Source: Octopus bimaculoides (lineage: Eukaryota). From it: 49,498 nucleotides of DNA. The stretch covers positions 57,916,199-57,965,696 of the forward strand of contig NC_068991.1 in NCBI RefSeq assembly GCF_001194135.2, written 5' to 3'. This document shows positions 48,031-49,498 of this stretch, one piece after another. The notes under the pieces were generated by a model. It saw only the letters and a program-made list of their open reading frames with translations. It searched no databases and was not told the origin of the DNA. Position 1 is the first letter of the stretch, and every line of letters starts with the position of its first letter. The translations under genes were made by a program, and so were the position numbers.

Positions 48031-48878
48031 TTCAGTAGTTTTATTTTTATAACGTGCTTTCACTTTACTACCGAGCGCAGCTCTGTGTGCCTTGGGTATG
48101 TGCTGTGGTTTGCTGTGATGCTCTTATGGTTACTGTATTGAAATTGTTTTGCGTAGGATGTGTGCAGTGCCCAGTAGTGCAATTTTCTGTATGAAATATA
48201 TATGTGTAAGTCCTGGTGTTTTTGTTATGTATTTGTCTGAATATTTTTTTATTATACCTAAGGCACCTACTATGATAGGAATTGTTTATGTTTTTAGATT
48301 CCAGATTCGAGTTACCTCTATTTCCAGGTCTTTGTATTTTGAAANNNNNNNNNNGTTGTCATCTGCTGGTATTGATACATCAATTAGAAAGCATTTTTTT
48401 TCTTCATGATCTTTGACAACTATATCTGGTATATTTGCCTTAATTTCTCTATCTGTGTGTATTGGCATATCCCAGAGTATGGTTGCTTTCTCGTTTTCTG
48501 TGACCTTTTCTGGCGTGTGTTTATACCATCTTTTTTCTGTTGTTATTCCATAGTGTTGGCATAGCTTCCAGTGTATATAGATCCCAGCTCTGTCGTGTCT
48601 GTGAATATATTCCTTCTTAGCCAGGACTCGGCAACAAGAGATAATATGATTTATTGTTTCTTGTCCATCTCCACATATTCTACAGTTACTTTTTATGTTT
48701 CTTTTCATTATATGTTTTTGGTAATTTCTGGTGGGAAAGCTTTGATCTTGTGCAGCAATTAAAAATCCTTCAGTCTCTGCTTTGAGTCCTGAGCTTCTCA
48801 ACCATTGTTGGGATTTTTCTCTGTCTATTTCTGCTTTGAGTCCTGAGCTTCTCAATCATTGTTGGGATTTTTCTGCCC
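48031..48878 (-). mobile_element. R4/Dong-clade non-LTR retrotransposon, 5'-truncated (zinc knuckle plus restriction-like endonuclease)
   Basis: LKAETEGFLIAAQDQ...CRICGDGQETINHIISCC (CCHC)...RHD...ILWDMPIHTDREIKANIPDIVVKD...CFLIDVSIP (PD..D)...KYKDL...(one premature stop at 48286-48288)...PIIVGALG...LLGTAHILRK, stop at 48130-48132, short 3' UTR; (AAT)n on both sides. Confidence 0.95.
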
Positions 48879-48942
<64 letters not shown>

Positions 48943-48965
48943 TACTACTATTATCATTATTATTA
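48879..48965. repeat. (ATT)n tract at the 5' junction of the Dong-like element
   Basis: Direct reading. Confidence 0.95.
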
Positions 48966-49018
48966 TTGTGTTGTTTTCCCGTTGTTGTAGCTGCTGTGGT
49001 TGTCATAATTGTTGGTAT

Positions 49019-49046
49019 TAGTAGTAACAGCAGCAGCAGCAGCAAC

Positions 49047-49081
<35 letters not shown>

Positions 49082-49108
49082 AATCATCATCATCACCAGC
49101 AGCAGCAA

Positions 49109-49168
<60 letters not shown>

Positions 49169-49180
49169 CAGCAACAGCGG
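49019..49180. repeat. Compound (AGT)n/(AGC)n microsatellite
   Basis: Direct reading. Confidence 0.95.
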
Positions 49181-49498
49181 CCGCTTTCCCCACTGCTGTA
49201 CGCCTATGTCCTTCACCTTTGTTTTTTTTTCGATTGCTATCTTCCGTTGACGTTCAGACCTTACAGTCATATTTTAGATTCTCGCGTCTGCTCACGCGTT
49301 TCAAAATGCAGACACATACGCGCATGCGCTGAAATACATGCACACGTATGCGTTCACATACTTGCACACACACACACACACACACACACAGAAACTCACA
49401 TACATTCTCACTCTCACTCCCACTCACCTGTATGCATACATGTATATACATATATACATACGAATATATATATATACGTGCATATATATATATGTATA

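Overview
AT-rich, repeat-saturated eukaryotic genomic DNA from a gapped short-read assembly (13 N-gaps, about 5.3 kb, most abutting microsatellites). The SINE families, microsatellite load and transposon mix look like octopus (coleoid cephalopod) intronic or intergenic DNA; this is pattern recognition, not a database match. No host protein-coding gene can be named. Recognisable coding remnants are all transposons: four decayed RTE LINE 3' ends, one CR1-type LINE 3' end, one internally deleted Tc1/mariner (maT-like) transposase and one well-preserved R4/Dong-type element sitting in a (TAA)n tract. At least five tRNA-derived SINE families (working labels A-E) are present, several with clear target-site duplications. 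Most ORFs in the track are microsatellite or N-gap artefacts. Best leads: a pre-miRNA-like hairpin at 29.55-29.61 kb, inverted SINE pairs that would form dsRNA (possible ADAR substrates), a templated insertion plus micro-inversion inside a SINE, the microsatellite-targeted Dong element, and weak, unconfirmed candidate exons. I did not find evidence for a novel multi-gene system.
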